Below, in pieces: positions 60,801 through 64,000 of a DNA stretch of 64,000 nt. The stretch is from Lama guanicoe (taxonomy: Eukaryota), in NCBI GenBank assembly GCA_013239625.1, contig MU054098.1, positions 2,915,104 to 2,979,103 on the forward strand. The letters run 5' to 3'. The translations under genes were made by a program, and so were the position numbers. Within the stretch, counting starts at the first letter, position 1. Each line of letters begins with the position of its first letter. Below the pieces are notes generated by a model, which worked only from the letters and a program-made list of their open reading frames with translations, was not told where the DNA came from and made no database searches.

Positions 60801-63800
60801 CCAGTCATATCTTGAATCCATGAAGCACCATTTTATTGGGTAGTTTGTTATGTGCAAAATACCCTCTGGGCGCTAGGAAGGGGACAATCAGGTAGATGAG
60901 GCAGATGAGAACTTTACAGGCGGGTGGGTGAAACGCATGTGTTTCCTAGCATGTGCAGCACTTTGTGTACTTGACGAGAGCATTCAGAACCATATCTCAG
61001 ATTCTCAAAACTTCTAGGCAATTGCAGAGCAGCGTCGTCTTCACTTTACAGATGTATAAACTGAGTCATGTCAGTACACGCGAGACCGCGTGCCTGTGAA
61101 AGCGGGAGGAGAGTGAGGATAGAAGAGTAGGTGGCAACTGCAGAGATGTGTGGGGACGTGAAGTGGACAGGTTCTAATGACGTAGGATGGTGAGCCTTTG
61201 GGAGAGGAGCGCTATGGGAGGCTTTGCTTTATGCCCAGCAAGCTTTTACTCAGGGAACTGAGGGGTCAGGCACTAGGTCTGTACTTTATGCAAAGGAGTC
61301 AAAGCCTCAGGAATTGGCAGAGCCTGAGGGCTGCCTCAGGTAGCCTGCTGGTTGAGAAGATGGAGGAGGTCCCACAGGATAAGCAGAGTCAAGAGGGAAC
61401 GAGTCTTCCTCTGCATGTCCCTCTGAGCTTGCCTTAGGAATGTTCCAGAATGGAGCCTCAGGGTTTGATTTGGAGTCCTGGAGGCTAGCCACACAGCTCC
61501 GCCCACAGTCTTGGATCAGCACCTGCCCTGGACAGAGGTGCCCTCTGAGCCCCAGGAGTTCTGCGGGGCACCCAGCCCCCAACGCTCTGGCCACTTTCAA
61601 AAGCAGAGCTGGAGGGCACGTTTGCCAGGCTCCCTCACTAACAAGCAATCCCTCTCTGGCAGCCCTGCTCTGCCCTTCTGCTGGAATAATTGAGCGCAGA
61701 AGTATGTGCACGCGAGTGTGTGCGCGTGTGGGGGTGGGGAGGGGCTGGGGGAGCAGTTGTGTTGCCTGGGGAGGGGAGGGGAGCAGAGGGAATTCTCTCT
61801 TGCTTTCCATTTGTTTCACTAGCTGCCTCCTTCTCCAGACATCGAATTTAGTTCCTCTCCCTCCTTTCCTTTTCTGGCCCTCCTCAGATTCCTACAGAGG
61901 GCTCCCTGCTCTGTGCCTTAAGGCCACAGTGGTCCAGGGCCTTACTAGGCAAAACAGTAGCATTTTCTCTGAGGTGGATGAAGCTCCCAGGCACAGGGAA
62001 CCAGGTCCCAAGAGGAGAGGGACTAAATCAGGAGGTGGAGGGCACGGGACGGGCTTCATCTACACAGAAGTACACTAGCCAGGAGCTATGCATGCTACTT
62101 AGGAGCACGGGATTGGAAGGCAGAGTGTCTAGGTCCAAACTTTGGTTCTTATCCTGCCAGCTGTGTAGCCTCTCCGTGCATGCCTCAGTTACGTTGCCTC
62201 TAAAATGGGGATAATAATAATAATAATAACCTTCTTTATAGGCTTTTTGTTCTTTTGCTTGTTTTTTTTTTGACAGATTCAACATATTATTGTTTATAAA
62301 GCAGTTAGAACTGGGCTGAACATATACTAAAGCACTCAGCAACTATTAGCTGTAACTCTTATTTTCCCTTCCCTGTTCCCTACTTGTAGCCAAGTCATGA
62401 TGAAGTGGATCACAGACCATCCCTCAGCCAGCTGTGTCCTTCTAAGCCTGGAGCTTGTCTGCCCTTTGGGAGTGTGTTGTCCTCTCACCCCCAGACCCTC
62501 TCCCTCCCCAGCAATCCAGTTGCTATGGATGTTGCTTTAGTCTGCCTTCTAGGGGATAGGCAGGAGGATTTCTTCCCAATTCCCAAGCTGCCCTGGTGAA
62601 GGGCCATGGAATCTTCTAAAGGTTTCTCTCCAGGGATTGTTGGCTCAGCCTCAGCCCAGTGTAATCAGCCCTGAAGCCTTGAAGACTTCTGTAAGTGTTG
62701 CCCGTGTTAGTTCCAACACTGTCATTCTTGCAGGCGTAAGGCCCTGTGGTCTACTTCACACAGAGGACAGAATGGTCTAGACTGAGGGTGGGCATAGTTG
62801 AGAACAGCAGGAAATGCCAGAGGGAGCCTAGGAGGAGGCTATAGCCCCTACGGGCTGGGGGGAGGCCCTCCATGTCTCCAGCAAGAGCGGACACCCACCA
62901 ATGCAACCCTCCAAAGAGGTTACCTCAGGAGGTTAATCAGCCTAAGGGAATAAGAGAGTCTCAAATCAATGAAAACTCCAGCAGAGGGAAGAGCAAAAAC
63001 AGTTGAGAGATCCAGGCCAACTTTGAAGAAGCAGAGGATTAAAAATAGCTAAACTTTTTTTTCTTTTGGTGGGAGGGGGGATTAGGAGGGTGCTGGAGCT
63101 GGACAGGAAGCAAGAACCATTTGTTCTGCCTGCTCCAGGAAGAGGCAAGTGGGTGTGAATTCAATTTTCTGGATCACTGCCTGAGGTGCTCACATATCAC
63201 CACAGATCAAGGATCGCCTAGCCACAGAACCCTCTTTGTGGCGGGCACTCTCTCCTTGCCCCGCCTCCCTGCCCTGCGCTCTGTCTGCAGCTGTTGCAAC
63301 TTGGGGTCTTCCCTGGGCATGTCCCCTTGCAGGATTCAGTGGCACCATGGTGGGTAACACTTGGAGAATTCACATAGGGTCCCTACACACTGAACGTAGC
63401 TCTAGATCGGACATTGGAAGTGCAGGGTGGCAGCATAGCCCTGGCCCACCCCAGCCATCAGTCAGCTCAGAGGACTCCAGAGGAGCTTGGAGCTGAGCAC
63501 TTGATTTGGGAAGAGGGGCATTATTCACCCCACCCAAAACCCTTTAAAGAGGCAGGTCTTCAGTAGACAGTTGTTTCACTTGGTGTTTGGTGGTTGGTCT
63601 GGAATAGGATGAGGCTGGGGCATGGACTAGCTCCAGAGGGTGTGGTAAAGGGAGGTGCTGCCAAGAAGACACTGGTTAGGAGGGAGCTGGGAGGGTAGAA
63701 ATCCCGACAAGGGGCTTGCCAAGTTGAGCCAGCCCTTAGGCTGTGGGATGTGGGAAGGAATTAAAGACAGGGAATTACTCTCTATTAGGTCCTTATTATT

Positions 63801-63879
63801 GTGTGTCAGGCAGAGTGCCAAGGCTTTCCTGTAATGATAATCGCTACCTTTGAATGAGCATCTACTGTGTATCAGACCT

Positions 63880-64000
63880 TTTCTTTTTTAAAAATTTATT
63901 TTTAAATTAAAGTATAGTTGATTTACAATGTTGTGTTAGTTTCAGGTGTACAGCAAAGTGATTCAGTTATACATATATATACATATATATAATTTTTCAT
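63880..64000 (-). mobile_element. L1 3' terminus (runs off the window)
   Basis: T tail then aagtatagttgatttacaatgttgtgttagtttcaggtgtacagcaaagtgattcagtta; a short related piece lies at 4205-4260. Confidence 0.75.

Noticed and set aside
61440..62078. Longest non-gene ORF (212 aa) and its antisense 170-aa ORF
   Set aside because: No recognisable domain, and composition is typical of chance ORFs in GC-rich DNA.

Overview
Mammalian genomic DNA with no prokaryotic features. Several copies of a tRNA-derived SINE resembling camelid Vic-1 suggest camel, alpaca or llama, and the gene content matches the X-linked MORF4L2-GLRA4-TMEM31-PLP1 interval. The main feature is a complete, apparently intact 9-exon GLRA4 gene (glycine receptor alpha-4) on the minus strand: CDS 37976 to 16865, 1374 nt, 457 aa, all GT-AG introns in phase. 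Nested antisense inside it is TMEM31 (+ strand, CDS 21988-22089 joined to 22664-23074, 170 aa, GC-AG intron). Its last coding exon overlaps GLRA4 exon 8 by 76 nt, so both strands code there and each gene's splice acceptor lies inside the other's CDS. The codon that is a premature stop in the human GLRA4 pseudogene reads Gln (CAG) here instead of the family-conserved Arg. The rest is intronic or intergenic, with Vic-1-like SINEs, MIR, L2, L1, Tigger/MER DNA transposons, an ERV1 solo LTR, microsatellites and candidate CTCF, RFX, CRE and RE1 sites. Comparisons with human or mouse proteins and repeat consensus sequences are from memory, not a database search, and repeat boundaries are approximate.
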